Of a stretch of 64,000 bases of DNA, positions 12,933 through 26,221 are shown in pieces. Numbering within the stretch: position 1 is the first letter of the stretch; each line of letters opens with the position of its first letter. Source of the stretch: Octopus sinensis. Taxonomy: Eukaryota. The DNA lies in contig NC_043004.1 in NCBI RefSeq assembly GCF_006345805.1, positions 81,654,001 through 81,718,000 on the forward strand, in the 5' to 3' direction. A program made the translations under genes and the position numbers. A model generated the notes under the pieces. That model was not told the DNA's origin. It did not search any database and saw nothing but the letters and a program-made list of their open reading frames with translations.

Positions 12933-12934
<2 letters not shown>
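12671..12934 (+). mobile_element. HHR-bearing repeat with long stem II; second copy 43228-43497 (minus)
   Basis: About 265 bp shared at high identity between two loci; both end in (TA)n. Confidence 0.75.
12813..12914 (+). ncRNA. Type I hammerhead ribozyme, canonical core
   Basis: CTGACGA 12825-31; stem II GTACGAG 12832-38 / CTCGTAC 12882-88; GAA 12889-91; helix III ACGATCGT 12892-99; A17 at 12900; stem I TTTCGG 12819-24 / CCGAGA 12901-06. Confidence 0.85.
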
Positions 12935-12978
<44 letters not shown>

Positions 12979-13029
12979 ATATATATATATGCATGTATAT
13001 ATATATATATATATATAATATATATATGC

Positions 13030-13079
<50 letters not shown>

Positions 13080-14142
13080 GTATATATATATACATATATA
13101 TATATGTATGTATATATGTATGTATACACACAAATATACATACACACATACATATATATATACATACATAAATGCATACATGCATGCATGCTTATATATA
13201 CATACAGGTAGATACACACATATACATATATATGTATGCATGTGTGTATATCTTTCAAAATGACGGGATGGTCACGGCTGGAATATTATTGGTCGCAAAG
13301 CCATGAAGAGTGGCTTCATCTCCATTTGTTTCGGACCACCTCGTAAAGATAATGTTTGCTAACCTATTTTCTGTCATCAATTAATCTCCTCTCTCATCGC
13401 CACCACCATCACCGCCACCACCATCACCGCCGCTACTACCCGCAACTGTTTCCCCTTCCGTCTGCCCTTCCTGCTACCCCTTCTGTTATCGTCTGCTCTC
13501 TGCAAGTTGAACACCATGGATCGCCATCTTAGTCTCGTGCTGTCTCTTATACATTCACCATATCTCAAGTTCCCGTCTAGTCTCCATAAAAGATTCCTGA
13601 GACTTGCCTTTCCCACTCGACTGAAAGCTAAAAATAACCTTTCTTCATGAGCTCCGTTAAAATTACAATTCATTTCAGTAATCATATCGTTTCAAATATT
13701 TATGAATGATAAGTTAAACAGGATGAAGATATTATCGATAAACCGTCACTATACACATCCTATGACCTGCCTGACAAAATTCCACTCTTTAATTATACAT
13801 CAACACCGAGGCAATAAGATCCCGGCTTAGATTCTCAGACTTAAGTCTACGAAATTTTGATATCGATAGTTCTGTAGGCCTGCCTATCAAGTTAGTCGAT
13901 TTAAATGAAAGCTACCATTTCGTTTTCCCCATTACAATAGTACATCGACATTGAAGTAAATTTCCAGTCTGGCCTCTTAGATAAACATAGATTTGTTCCG
14001 GCCAAAAGTTCAAGCCATGTCTAACTTAATAACACCACCTGATAGGTCTGTTAAATCACTTTTAAGTCATGTTTCGTGGCATCATGATCCATTCCAGTAG
14101 AGAATTGTTGTTGACTGAGATGTGCCTAAGTATAGATGGCTT

Positions 14143-14245
14143 ATCTGGTATCCCTTGAAGAAATTTGCCTATCCCTTGAAGAAGTTTGTCTATCTGGTAT
14201 CCCTAGAAATTTGTCTATTTGGTATCCCTTGAAGAAATTTGTCTT
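14143..14245 (+). repeat. Short minisatellite (tatctggtatcccttgaagaaatttg)
   Basis: Four degenerate units. Confidence 0.8.
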
Positions 14246-14526
14246 CTTCGTCCAGGTTTCGTTTGAAGGTGATGGATCTTTTTCTTCCTTGATTTGTTTT
14301 GGGATAATGTTAAATAGAACAGAGAATGTCGAGGAAAAGAAATTGCGTTGCAGTGAACCTGTGTTGTGAGCCAAAATTGTGTTGGCTCAGCCTCGGACGA
14401 ATTCTGAATCTCGGCATAAGTTCCATCGGCCAAAGTACTCAACTGGTACTTATTTTATCGACCCCGCAAGGATAAAAGGCAAAGTCGACTTTGGCGGAAT
14501 TCGAACTCAAAACGTAAAGATGCCAT

Positions 14527-14890
14527 AGGCGCAGGAGTGGCTGTGTGGTAAGTAGCTTGTTTACGAACCACATGGTTCTGGGTTCAGTTCCACTGCGTGG
14601 CACCTTAGGCAAGTGCCTTCTACTATAGCCTCGGGCCGACCAAAGTCTTGTGAGTGGATTTGGTAGCTGGAAACTGGAAGAAGCCCGTCGTATATGTATA
14701 TATATATGTATATGTTTGTGTGTCTGTGTTTCTTCCCCCAAGAACGCTTGACAACCGATGCTGGTGTGTTTACGTCCCTGTAACTTAGCGTTTCTTTAAA
14801 AGAGAACGACAGAATAAGTACTAGGCTTCTTACAATCGATTTGCTCGACTAAAGGCGGTGCTCCAGCAATACCGCAGTCAAATGACTGAT
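14527..14890 (+). mobile_element. SINE B
   Basis: Head ggcgcaggagtggctgtgtgg; near full length. Confidence 0.85.
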
Positions 14891-14892
14891 TC

Positions 14893-15105
14893 AAAATGTG
14901 ACCGCGTGTGTACCGTTGGCGATTTTTTCCCCTCCGTCTTCCCTTCTCTGGATCTTTCCTTTTCCTATGATTCTGACGAAGAGCTCCGCTCGAAACGTTA
15001 AACCATCCTTCTTCCCTTCCTTCCTGAGCGTCCAATAATACTATATTTGTTCCACGTCCTCGCGTTGTTGTGTTTTCTCTTTGTGTTTTCATGTTTGGAT
15101 TAACT
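14893..15105 (+). mobile_element. HHR-bearing short repeat, family P2
   Basis: Contains the 14973 HHR; its 3' half recurs, without the HHR, at about 39130-39240 (minus). Confidence 0.65.
14968..15004 (+). ncRNA. Minimal type I HHR
   Basis: CTGACGA 14973-79, extra A, GAGC-tcc-GCTC, GAA, ACGT, T17 at 14999; weak stem I. Confidence 0.7.
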
Positions 15106-15106
15106 T

Positions 15107-15137
<31 letters not shown>

Positions 15138-15199
15138 AAAAAATGAACGAAATGTCACTAAGCATTATAAGAAGTTTATAAATTCTAATAAGAATCTTA

Positions 15200-15597
15200 A
15201 GGTGGCAAGCTGGCAGAATCGTTAGCATGCCGGGCAAAATGCTGAGCGGTATTTCGTTTGCCGCTGCGTTCTGAGTTCAAATTCCGCCGAGGTCGACTTT
15301 GCCTTTTATCCTTTCGGCGTCGATTAAATAGGTACCAGTTACGCACTGGTGTCGATATAATCAACTTAATCCGTTTGTCTGTCCTTGTTTGTCCTCTCTA
15401 TGTTTAGCCCCTTGTGAGTAGTAAAGAAATAGGTATTTCGCCTGTCTTTATGTTGAGTTCAAATTCCGCTGAAGTCAACTTTGCCTTTCATCCTTTCGGG
15501 GTCGATAAATTAAGTACCAGTTATGTGCTGGGATCGATCTAATCGACTGGGCTCCATCCCCCCAAATTTCGGTCCTTGTGCCTAGCGTAGAAAAGAA
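15200..15597 (+). mobile_element. SINE A dimer
   Basis: Full unit, then aaagaaataggtatttcg junction and a headless unit with an alternative tail. Confidence 0.85.
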
Positions 15598-16620
15598 TTA
15601 CAAGAAGCTTTGGATCATCGATGTCCTGAAAGTCGATGTTTGTACCTATATGAAGTTTTTGATAAACCAGGTTAAAAGCTCTTACTTTAGCCGAGCTAAT
15701 TTACTTTGTCCAGGTCAGTCGGACCAAATGGATACGAGTACACTAAACTAGGAACTACATTCACAACCAACTTTACTATAACCAATCACATGAGAAGCGT
15801 TCTACACCGAAGAAACTAATTCTTCGTTATCCAATCAAATCAGAGTAATAAAACTAACCTCTTTGGCGCGCACATACCCACCCACCCACAGACATGCATT
15901 CCTTTTCTAACTTCACATATAGACACACAAACATACGGGTACATACACACACACGCACACACACATGCACACAAACACAGATGCACACTCTCTATCTCTC
16001 GCTTTCTTACATGACGAAGGGATCCTTCGTGAGGTGGCTTGATCTCCTAGAAATCACAGCTAGATCTTCCTCAAACCATACACCCACGGTTTTAATAAAG
16101 GAAAGACAGAAGAGGTCTGAACTAGAGCTAAACAACCACCATCACCACCACCACCACACCACCACCACCACCGCCGCCGCTGCCGTAGTATAGTTCTTAC
16201 TCTACCGATCCCTTTTGCCGAACCGCTAAGTTATACGGAAAATAACATAGGTTAGCTGATTAATTCGAATTCCCCCACCCCGGTTCCCAAGAGCTCTAAA
16301 GTTCCTTCCCGAACCATATAGTAGTTTCCCGAATTCTCCAGCATATGTACTCCCCACCCCATTCTCGACGGGGCACCAGTTCGTTGCAGGATTACTCGAT
16401 TCTTGAGGGCCTCAAACAACAGGAATTGGAATGTTTTACTCAAAAGCACAACGTATTGCCCAGTCCAGGAACCGAAATCACTGTCTTACGATAATGAGTG
16501 CAACATCCTAACCATTAAGCCACGCGCCTCCATTAAACAGAACCTCTACTGCTTTATTTTATCAACCCGTCTCCCCGGGATGGGGGATGGAAAAATTACG
16601 ATTAAAATGGAATAACTTAC

Positions 16621-16752
16621 TTCATAAAGAGATGCTAAGACATTAGTTGTTGCTATGAGGTAAGCTTGGTTCACTCCTGGATGATCCAAGTCATGCATCA
16701 TAGAGGCAAAAAGAGCTGCCATTGCTTCTATTGGAAGAACACAATTATATAA
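16621..16752 (-). CDS. PDE7: PDE7 exon ([44 protein letters not shown])
   Basis: 132 bp, acceptor tttgcag, donor gtaagt; HDLDHPG metal-binding signature. Confidence 0.97.
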
Positions 16753-16862
16753 CTGCAAAAGATAGAAAAAGACAGAGACATTTCTTAAAAAGGAAAGAAT
16801 TAAAATTTCGTTTTGGGATTTGGTTTGCAAGATTCTTTATATGAGTTCGTGTATTGAAGCAT

Positions 16863-17138
16863 ATTCTGTTGTGTCTGGAGAGAGTCATTTTCTTTTTGTG
16901 CCTTATAATGTAACAACACTCACCGGTAAAATTCCACTTTTTCTTATTTTATTTCCTAAATTTTCGTTGCGTCTTGCAACCTTTTCAATAGTCTTGACTA
17001 TTGAAAAGACTATTGAAAAGGTTGCAAGATGCAATGAAAATTTTAGGAAAATAAAAATAAGAAAAAAGTGGAAATTTTAAGTGTGTTACATTATAAGGCA
17101 CAAAAAGAAAATGACTCTCCCCAGACACAACAAAGAAT
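16863..17138. repeat. Fold-back inverted repeat, arms about 133 bp, 10-nt loop
   Basis: Inner 27 bp (16969-95 / 17006-32) have one mismatch; pairing extends outward with small indels. Confidence 0.85.
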
Positions 17139-18064
17139 TAAAACATTAGCTAAAATTAAATTAGATTCAACTTTACGATGAAAGTCAACAGTTTGCTTTA
17201 TAGATGTATAGCCTTTGCGAGGTATTGAAAGATACAGAAATATTATCATTCTCAAACGTATGATAATGCCTGATATGATAATACAATAGCCTGAACAGGA
17301 TAAATTATCCATATTTTGCTGAAGATATTCGTTACCGGCCAGCCAGGATACTTTAACCGGTTTATGCTATTTTATTAGCATTATTATGCGTTTAAGAATA
17401 AATTATTTCTGTATCTTTAAATTAAGGGAATTAAATCAGCTAAAATATAAAACGTGATGGATTTTTCATGTGTCGGAAAAGATGCTATTTTTTAATGGAT
17501 ATTTCTTAAATGAATAAATATTTATTTAAGACGTCGGTTATTTGCATAATAATAATGGAAAGTGTTTAATGTAGAACATGTTTTTATTTTTGAATTATTT
17601 TTCAGTCATTGGATGCAGGGGCGCCGTCTCGGGCGGTTTAGTCAAGTGAATCGATTCCAGAACCTATATTTATTATATCGATTTCTCTTGCTGAACCGCT
17701 TAGGTTTCGGAGACACAAACAAACCAGTACCGGTTGTCAAGCGGTGGGTGATAGACACACGCACACACTCACACACAGACACAGACAAGCAAACACACTA
17801 AGGTAGACACGTATACGTAATGCGGTATTCCACGCAGTTTCCGTCAATCAGGTTTCACGCAGTTTCCGTCTATCAGATTCACGATTCACTCATAAGGACT
17901 TGTTCGGTTTTAGAAAACACTTGCCTATGGTGCCGTGAAGTGGGACTGAACCCGACGGCACGCATTTGCAAAGCAAGTTTCTTAACCACTCGGTGTGTGT
18001 GTGTGTTGTGTGTGCGCACATGTGTATACGTGTGAGTATGATACGTTCTTCGTGTATACATTAT

Positions 18065-18323
18065 TACGGCACTCCGCCGGTTAACGAGGACGTAACCGGC
18101 TCCATTTGATCCAATCAACGGAACAGCCTGCTCGTGAAATTAACGTGCAAGTGGCTGAGCATTCCACAGACGGAGATTCAGCGTGACACAGAGTGTGACA
18201 AGGCTGGTCCTTTGAAATACAGGTACAACAGAAACAGAGCGAGAGAAAGGAGCCTCGTGGAGTTACTTTAGGTTTTCGCTCAATAAACACTAACAACGTC
18301 CAGCCTGGGCCACTGCGCCTCCA
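18065..18323 (-). mobile_element. SINE C, internally deleted
   Basis: Both ends match 6064-6445. Confidence 0.8.
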
Positions 18324-18430
18324 CATTATATATATATGTATATATATAATATATATATATATATATAATAATAATATATATATATATAGATATATATAAA
18401 ATTATATATATATATATATATTTTTTTTTT

Positions 18431-18599
18431 CTCTCCTTGGTTCTTTCCGTGTTTCTTTTCTGTGTATTTCTGTTGAAGAGCGTAGGCTCGAAACGTAAAG
18501 AACTTGTTTTATTTATATTCCTGAGCGCCATACTAATACAATTGTTTGTTTGTATTCCACCTGCCTTCGTCTTTTGTTTATTTTCATAAAGCTTCCCGT
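18431..18599 (+). mobile_element. HHR-bearing short repeat, family P1 (core CTGTTGA at 18470)
   Basis: CTGTTGA-A-GAGC-gtag-GCTC-GAAACGTA, then TTCCTGAGCG; homologous to three other copies. Confidence 0.7.
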
Positions 18600-18627
18600 T
18601 ATATTATATATATATTATAATATATAT

Positions 18628-18658
<31 letters not shown>

Positions 18659-18736
18659 TATTATATATCGATATATGATATGTATATATAAAGCACATAT
18701 ATGCACACGCACGAACACCACACACATACACACATA

Positions 18737-18973
18737 TTGGGTTGGTGGATAATTATTGCGGCTTTTTTCAACAAACTTTATTCAACAAAAACAATAACAA
18801 TATTTAGCAAAAAACATCTTTAAATGACGGTCTGACCATCTGCCAAGCAAATGGGAAGCAGTAATTGAAGTAGATGGTGAATATGCTTCGGAATAATCAT
18901 TTAGAGATGTTTTTGTTACGTGTTGTTATTGCTATTTGTTGAAAAAATCCGCAATAATTATGCACCAACCCAA
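18737..18973. mobile_element. Mariner-derived MITE
   Basis: TIR ttgggttggtg(g/c)ataattattgcgg resembling Hsmar1-type ends, TA flanks; internal KWEAVIEVDGEY transposase tail. Confidence 0.85.
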
Positions 18974-19245
18974 TATATACATGGTTGGCCCAAAGTCACG
19001 TGACAGTAAATCAAAACCTTTAATTCCAAGATTAAAACAAAATAATTATTTTATATTTGACTTGCTAATAAATAAACAAATGTTGAAAAAAAAAAGAAAA
19101 ACGGTGATTTTAACTCACAGAATTCAATTATTAAACATCCATAATTGGATTGAATTATATAAAATTGAATATCAAATATTTATGGAATTTTGATTTACTG
19201 TCGGGTGACTTTCGGCCAACTCTCCCCTCCCCTTTCTCTCTCTCT

Positions 19246-19290
<45 letters not shown>

Positions 19291-19303
19291 TGTGTAGTTT
19301 TAC

Positions 19304-19404
19304 CTCTTTCTCTCTCAGGTAGCAATGCATTGCCTGGGTAACATCTGCTGCGTGCAAGGAATTGTGGTACGGATTGCTGTCATGGTAACCATCTTCTATT
19401 GAAC
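19304..19404 (-). CDS. PDE7: PDE7 exon ([33 protein letters not shown])
   Basis: 101 bp, acceptor tcttag, donor gtaaaa; class I PDE YHNxxHAADV motif. Confidence 0.97.
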
Positions 19405-19974
19405 CTAAGAAGATAGAGAGGGAGAGATAGAGAAAGAAAAACAAACGCGGAACAGATAGAGCTAGAGATAAAGAGAGAGAGAGAGAGAAGAAAGAGAGAG
19501 AAGGAGAGAAGAGAAATTAATGACGATGATGATACTGGTAATGATGTTGATGATGACGATGAATGTGTGTGGTGATGATAATTGTAGTTTAGCTCTGCTT
19601 TAGCCTTAATTAAGCAGGCCTTTGGTTAAAATGACTCCCAACTGTAAACCAATCTGGTTAGCTTTTTTAACAGCTCATACATTAAATGTATTAACACTAA
19701 CTTACGCTTTTTCTTTTAGTGAATCTGAGGAAACGAGTGAGGAAGGAAAATGTCTAATGTTTCGGGTAGAACTGCTCGTCAGTAAAGATGGTAAACTGCT
19801 TATCTAAGAAATTAATATTTTAAGTTACAAATGCGTTGGCTGGAAAAACACAAACTGAGAAAACAAAATTATTGTCGTTTTTCTAAACATTAGCGACCTC
19901 AGTTCTTTATCTACGATTATATATCCTCTATTTCTCCTTCATTTTTAAAATAAAAAATCACTTTCCTTTTAAGT

Positions 19975-20026
<52 letters not shown>

Positions 20027-21328
20027 GCTATCTATCTATCTATCTATCATCTACTATCTATCTATCTATATCTACCTATCACCTACCATACCTACTCTAC
20101 CTATCTATCTATCTATCTATCATCATCTATCTATCTATCATATCTTAATCTATCTATCTATCTATCTGTCTGTCTGTGTCTGTCTGTCAAGTTATCTGTC
20201 CGTCTGTCTACCTATCCATATCTACCAGTCAACCCATCTCTTTCTCTCTATATATTTATCTACCCATCTGTCTGTCTGTCTGTCTCTCTCTCTATCCCAA
20301 TCTGCCTATCTGTCTATGTCTCTCTCTTTCTCTCTCTCTATCTCCCCATCTCCTACCTAGATTTCTCGTATATCTTCAAATCTCAGAACAGTCTGTAGAC
20401 CACCCCGCCATTTCCTGTTTTCTTTGTCTATTTGTCTGTTATCACTGAAAATATCTACTTCTTTCCTTTTTTCTTACTGTTCATATTTTTATTACTGCCA
20501 GCCCCACTTACATTAAACACATTCTTTCTTCTCCAATTTCCTTTTTCACAAACTCCCTACACTTTTCCTCGGCTCATTCCCCATTCCAATATCTTGTAAG
20601 GACGAAAAATTCATTTAAAGATAATAAAATAAATATTCATTCTGGCGGATTCGAACTTGAATATGCTAATCGCTGGTGGTATTTCGTTATTGTTTCCTTT
20701 GTAGTTATGTGCGATCCCAATGCACTCGATGTGTTGTGAATGCATGTAGACGAAATTCAGAAGCGATTGGTATAGTCACGTTCATATCTGCCGGAACGTA
20801 GTTAAGAATGAATATGTAGGCCAGGGTTTTGATTTTCACTATTTTCTGTGCGCAAGATGTATTATTCCTATGAATACGCAAAAAAAAAAAAGAATTAAAA
20901 AAATTAGGAGGTCCCTCGTTTGATTTGCCAAAAGTTGCAATCAAATTCTTTCAACTTATCTGAAAAAGACCCTCACAACATATATACTCCACCCCAAAAA
21001 GCCTTTAATCATAAATCTGCTTAATCAGCGTGCAGCTGGATAATGAACCCCCCCCCCCCCCCCCCACCACCAGCACCACCACCACCAGCACCACCACCAC
21101 CAGCACTTCTCTCAATAATACACTCAGCTTAGTTCTCTATTGCCAGCCAGAAACGTTTGGAAGTCGCTTTCTATAGTCGAGATAGTACATTGTCATTCTA
21201 TTCCCCCTTCTCTCCACAATCCTCTATCTATCTATCTATCTATCTATCTATATATCTCTATCTATCTATCTATCCTGTCTATCTATCTATCTATCTATCT
21301 ATCTATCATCTATCTATCTCTATCTATG

Positions 21329-21386
<58 letters not shown>

Positions 21387-22309
21387 AAGAGAATACAATT
21401 GACCCGTGGTGGTCTGTGTCAGTAAAATATATATTTATTTCTATAAAAGGAAAATTATTCAACTTAGTTTGGTGGATAGAATATTTAGTATTTCATTCAG
21501 GAAAGAGAGAAAAGCTGCCTCCTTCAATTCAGAAGAACGCATCTATTCTTTCTGAATTAAAGGAGAGCATGTACCCAAAATCTAACAAACTTGTCCTGAC
21601 AGTGTATTTTAGAATATGATATTTGAACGAAGTTTATCTGAAGTTAACTGTTAGAATTTAAACTATTAAAATACTCTCAACAATACGTTAAAACAAATGG
21701 AGAATAAGCGTAGAATTTTGATGAAATTAAATGAAAAGGTAAAAAGGCAAAACAAGAGAGTTCGCCATATTGATTTTACACACGAATATTCTCTGTTCGC
21801 GAATTAGTGTCATTATTCTTTGTTGTAGGTTAGGTTCTATAATTCTAAGTAATGTTGTAGTCTTCATCTTATACATGCGTTACGTTTGTATAATTTATCC
21901 GTAGTTATACATAAACACCAGGGAATTTGCTAGTATAAATAAGTGTGAATATATATATTATATATATATATATAGATTATATATATATATAATATATATT
22001 ATATATACAAATTTGTATATGTATGTTATAATGTATGATATACATATATAAATACGTTTATATATTATATATATAGGTGTATATATATATATACACCTAT
22101 ATTATATATATAAAATATAATATATATAATATATGCATATATTAAATATATATATGTATGCATTAGGTATATATGTTACGTATATGTAAGTAATATATCT
22201 ATATATATATGTATCGTAAGTGTATATATTATAATATATATATTATATAAATACATATGTATATACGAAATGAATAACTTTATGGCACATATATATATAT
22301 AATATATAT

Positions 22310-22367
<58 letters not shown>

Positions 22368-22704
22368 CACACACTCAATATGCGGCTATACGTGCATATG
22401 CTTAAAGAGATTCATATCTTCAAGCCTTTTCCATGAGAAGTCGTATGAACGAGATAAAATCGAAATCTCTCGCCTGATTTCTCATAACATATCAGGCGAG
22501 ATCAAGTAACGAATAATATATTAACGTCTGTTATTAATATATATATATATATATACACATATATGAATATATATGCATATATATATATTATATTCACATA
22601 AATATAAATATATATATATATATGTACATGTATGTGTATTTATATTAGCATGCATCTACCCACATCAGTCTTCCACTTGCCCCTTTTTATCACTCTCCCC
22701 CCCT

Positions 22705-22735
<31 letters not shown>

Positions 22736-22919
22736 ACACACACATATATATATATTACACACACTCATACATATATGTGTGTGCGCGTGCGTTTTTGCAC
22801 ACACACACACACACACACAAATTACCATTTATATTAATAAAATACCTTCAAATATATATAATAGATAGATATATATATATATATACAAATGTATATAATA
22901 TATAGAATATCTATATAAT

Positions 22920-22957
<38 letters not shown>

Positions 22958-23148
22958 TATATATATATACATGCATATATACAAATATATATTTACATAC
23001 GAAGACTCAAATGATAGATAATCTATAATATATGATATATATTATAATATACACAGACACACATATATATGATGTGTGTGTGTATATATGCACGTCATAC
23101 ATGAGACACATACAATGACAAAGAAGAGAAAGAAGGCATGTTGCTTAC

Positions 23149-23244
23149 TGAGGCACCGCATCAACTTTATTATATCAATGTTGAATATATCTAAGAAGCC
23201 GTAATCTTGGAACAAATGTAAAGCTAGATGGAAAAGCGATTTCC
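23149..23244 (-). CDS. PDE7: PDE7 exon (KSLFHLALHLFQDYGFLDIFNIDIIKLMRCL)
   Basis: 96 bp, acceptor ctccgcag, donor gtaagc, phase 1 to 1; in frame with neighbours. Confidence 0.95.
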
Positions 23245-24095
23245 CTGCGGAGAAGAAACGGAAAAAAGAAGGATAAAAAAGACAGAGAGAAATGAGAAAC
23301 TGCGCATACAATATTATGACATTATGCAAGAACTGTAGTCACAGAAAACATATTTCCTGGAATATCATTTCTTTTTACTCAATAAAGACATAAGGTAATG
23401 TTAAGACAAGTTACATCATGTTCACGTTCGTTTATTTATTTATTTACTTGTTGTTGTTGTTGTTGTTATAAGGTGTAGCTGTGCTGTTAAGAAATTACTT
23501 CCCAATCATGTCATCTTGCGTTCAGTTCCAATGCCTGACCTCTCGAGCGGTTATAGGAAATTTCGCTATAAACATCTTTGCCGTAAAATGACCTCATCAC
23601 GTCTTTTTATTGTTTGACGTTGAATAAAGACTTATTACTTATTTTTGCTTATCTAATGCTATTACAAAACCTGTTACCTACAGCTTTTGCCAAGCAATAC
23701 ATAAAAAACAACCGTAATCAAGATGTAGAAGTATCTTTTATTCCGCTTCAATCATCAACGATCGGCCATTTTGGACCGGCTCTCGTTTACCGCCTAACCG
23801 GCAGTTTCTTCTCTCTGCACACCCGCTCGATAGCTAACCCGCAGTGAAGGTCCTTATCTATACAGTTCGTTTGTTATGAGTTCAAGAGCAATGCTCTACA
23901 TACCATTCTTTTCATTATATTTAAAAAACAGAAAAATGCTTTATCATTGTCCAAACGACATATTTTCCTGTGACAAAATTTCTTTTGGCGAATTTTCCGG
24001 ACTCGCTTTCGAGTAAACGTCTTCTACTATAAGCTCCAAGTTCGCCAAAACCTTGTGACTGGAATTGACAGACGGGAAGTGAAAGAAGCAGGTCA

Positions 24096-24099
24096 TGTA

Positions 24100-24197
<98 letters not shown>

Positions 24198-25280
24198 TGT
24201 GTATGTGTGTGTGTATGTATGTGTGTATGTATGTATATATGCATGTATGTATTTATGTGTGATGTGTGTTTGTATGTACGTATGAACGTACGTACGTATG
24301 TTTGTATGTACGTATGTATGTATGTACTGTTATGTATTTGTATGTGGGTATGTATGTATGTATGAGTATGTATGTATGTAGGTAGGTAGGTATGTATGTA
24401 TGTATGGATGTATGTATGTATGTAGGTATGTATGTATGTATGTATGTGTGATGTGTGTTTGTGATGTATGTACGTCGTATGTATGTAGTATGTATGTATG
24501 TATGTATGATGGAGGTGGACGGATGTATGTATGTGGTGTATGATGGATGCATGTAGTATGTATGTATGTATGTATGTACGTATGTACGTACGTACTTAGT
24601 ATGTGATGTATGTATGTACGTATGTACGATGTACGTAAGGATGTATGTATGTATGTATGTATGATGTATGTATGGATGGATGGATGTATGTATGTATGTA
24701 TGTAGTATGGATGGATGGATGTATGTATGTATGTATGTATGTATGTATGTATGTATGTATGGATGGATGTATGTATGTATGTATGTATGTTGTATGTATG
24801 GATGGATGGATGTATGTATGTATGTATGTATGTATGTGTATGTATGTATGTATGTATGGATGGATGGATGTGTATGTATGTATGTATGATGGATGGATGT
24901 ATGTATGTATGTATGTATGTATGTATGTATGTATGGATGTATGATGTATGTATGTATGTATGGATGTATGTATGTATGTAGTATATGTAGATGATGGATG
25001 TGTATGTAGGATGTATGTATGGATGTATGTAGTATGTACGTACGTAAGTATGTAGTATATGTACGTTGTAATGGTATGTATGTAGTTGTACGTACGTACG
25101 TAAGTATGTATGTATGTATGGATGGATGTATGGATGTATGTATCGATGGATGGATGGATGGATATATGTGTGCATGCATGTATCTATGTTTGCATTATGT
25201 ATGTGTGTTTATGTATGTGTGTATATGTATGTACGTATGTATGTATGAGTGTATGTATGTAACGTTATGTTATGTTTATA

Positions 25281-25320
<40 letters not shown>
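24096..25320 (+). repeat. (TATG)n/(GGAT)n/(TG)n microsatellite field
   Basis: Directly visible. Confidence 0.95.
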
Positions 25321-25326
<6 letters not shown>

Positions 25327-25598
25327 AATATTTACATATATAATACACACATAATTGAAATAAAGTAGTTTGTATGTTTTTCTTTGAGGTTTGAGTTCTT
25401 TCTAAGTTAGTTCAAGTTGGCCGCTAAAAAGGCGACAAGACTTTTGAGTTAAGAAAGCCTCCGGTGTTATAAATACGTGCTTGAGTTGGTGTGTTGGTTG
25501 AATTATAAGGGTCCTGGATTAGCAGAATCCTTAGACAACAATTAACAGAGTAAAATACTATAAGAAGAAGACAGCATATGGAAGAAGCGGCAACATAC

Positions 25599-25662
25599 CT
25601 GCTATTAGCTTGTCAAAGTTGAAGATGTCAAACGACCAACTATCAACAGTTGATAACACACG
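25599..25662 (-). CDS. PDE7: PDE7-family phosphodiesterase exon (RVLSTVDSWSFDIFNFDKLIAG)
   Basis: 64 bp, acceptor ...ctttcttggcag, donor gtatgt; phase 0 to 1; resembles PDE7A [22 protein letters not shown] (recalled). Confidence 0.92.
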
Positions 25663-25754
25663 CTGCCAAGAAAGAAAAATACTACAGTTCTATATTCAAG
25701 AGATGAGGAATTATTTACATTTGACGGATATTTGTCCTCATCTTGTTTGTTGTT

Positions 25755-25800
25755 AACACAACATTTCGGCTGATATACACTCCAGCCTTCAACAGGTGTC
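25755..25800 (-). ncRNA. Degenerate HHR in left arm of palindrome
   Basis: CTGTTGA-A-GGCTG...CAGCC-GAA-ATGT-T; A6U and C15.2U relative to consensus. Confidence 0.55.
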
Positions 25801-25847
25801 TTGGAGAAATTTCGAACCTGGGTTCTCATTTCTAAGGTATTTGCCGA

Positions 25848-25888
<41 letters not shown>

Positions 25889-26063
25889 TATTATTATATT
25901 ATTATTATTCAAGTTACTGCCTCTGGAATCGAACTCGGAATCTTGGGGTTAGCAGCCTGTGCTCTGAACCACTTCGCCATATGCCGTGGGCGTGTGGGCG
26001 TAGTGGTTAAGAGCGCGGGCTACTAACCCGAATATTCCGAGTTCGATTCCAGAGGCAGTAACT

Positions 26064-26108
<45 letters not shown>

Positions 26109-26176
26109 TAATAATAATAATAACAACATCGAAAAATACCTTAGGAATGAGAATCCAGGTTCGAAATTTCCCCAAT

Positions 26177-26221
26177 ACACCTGATGAAGGCTGGAGGGTA
26201 TATCAGCCGAAACATTGTGTT
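26177..26221 (+). ncRNA. Minimal type I HHR in right arm of palindrome
   Basis: CTGATGA 26181-87, extra A, GGCTG/CAGCC, GAA, ACAT (ACGT with one transition), stem I ACAC/GTGT. Confidence 0.68.

Noticed and set aside
14014-14041. 28-bp motif shared (27/28) with 39648-39675
   Set aside because: Most simply a decayed relative of the Tc1-like MITE; gccaaaagt, part of its TIR, lies at 14001.
21950-22365. Irregularities in long (TA)n tracts as a higher-order code
   Set aside because: Single-base interruptions look like slippage or long-read consensus errors.
22468-22501. 11-bp hairpin tctcgcctgat/atcaggcgaga
   Set aside because: Short enough to occur by chance; no supporting context.
25907-26066. 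Functional tRNA-Ser genes
   Set aside because: No acceptor-stem pairing or long variable arm; A/B-box heads of a repeat.
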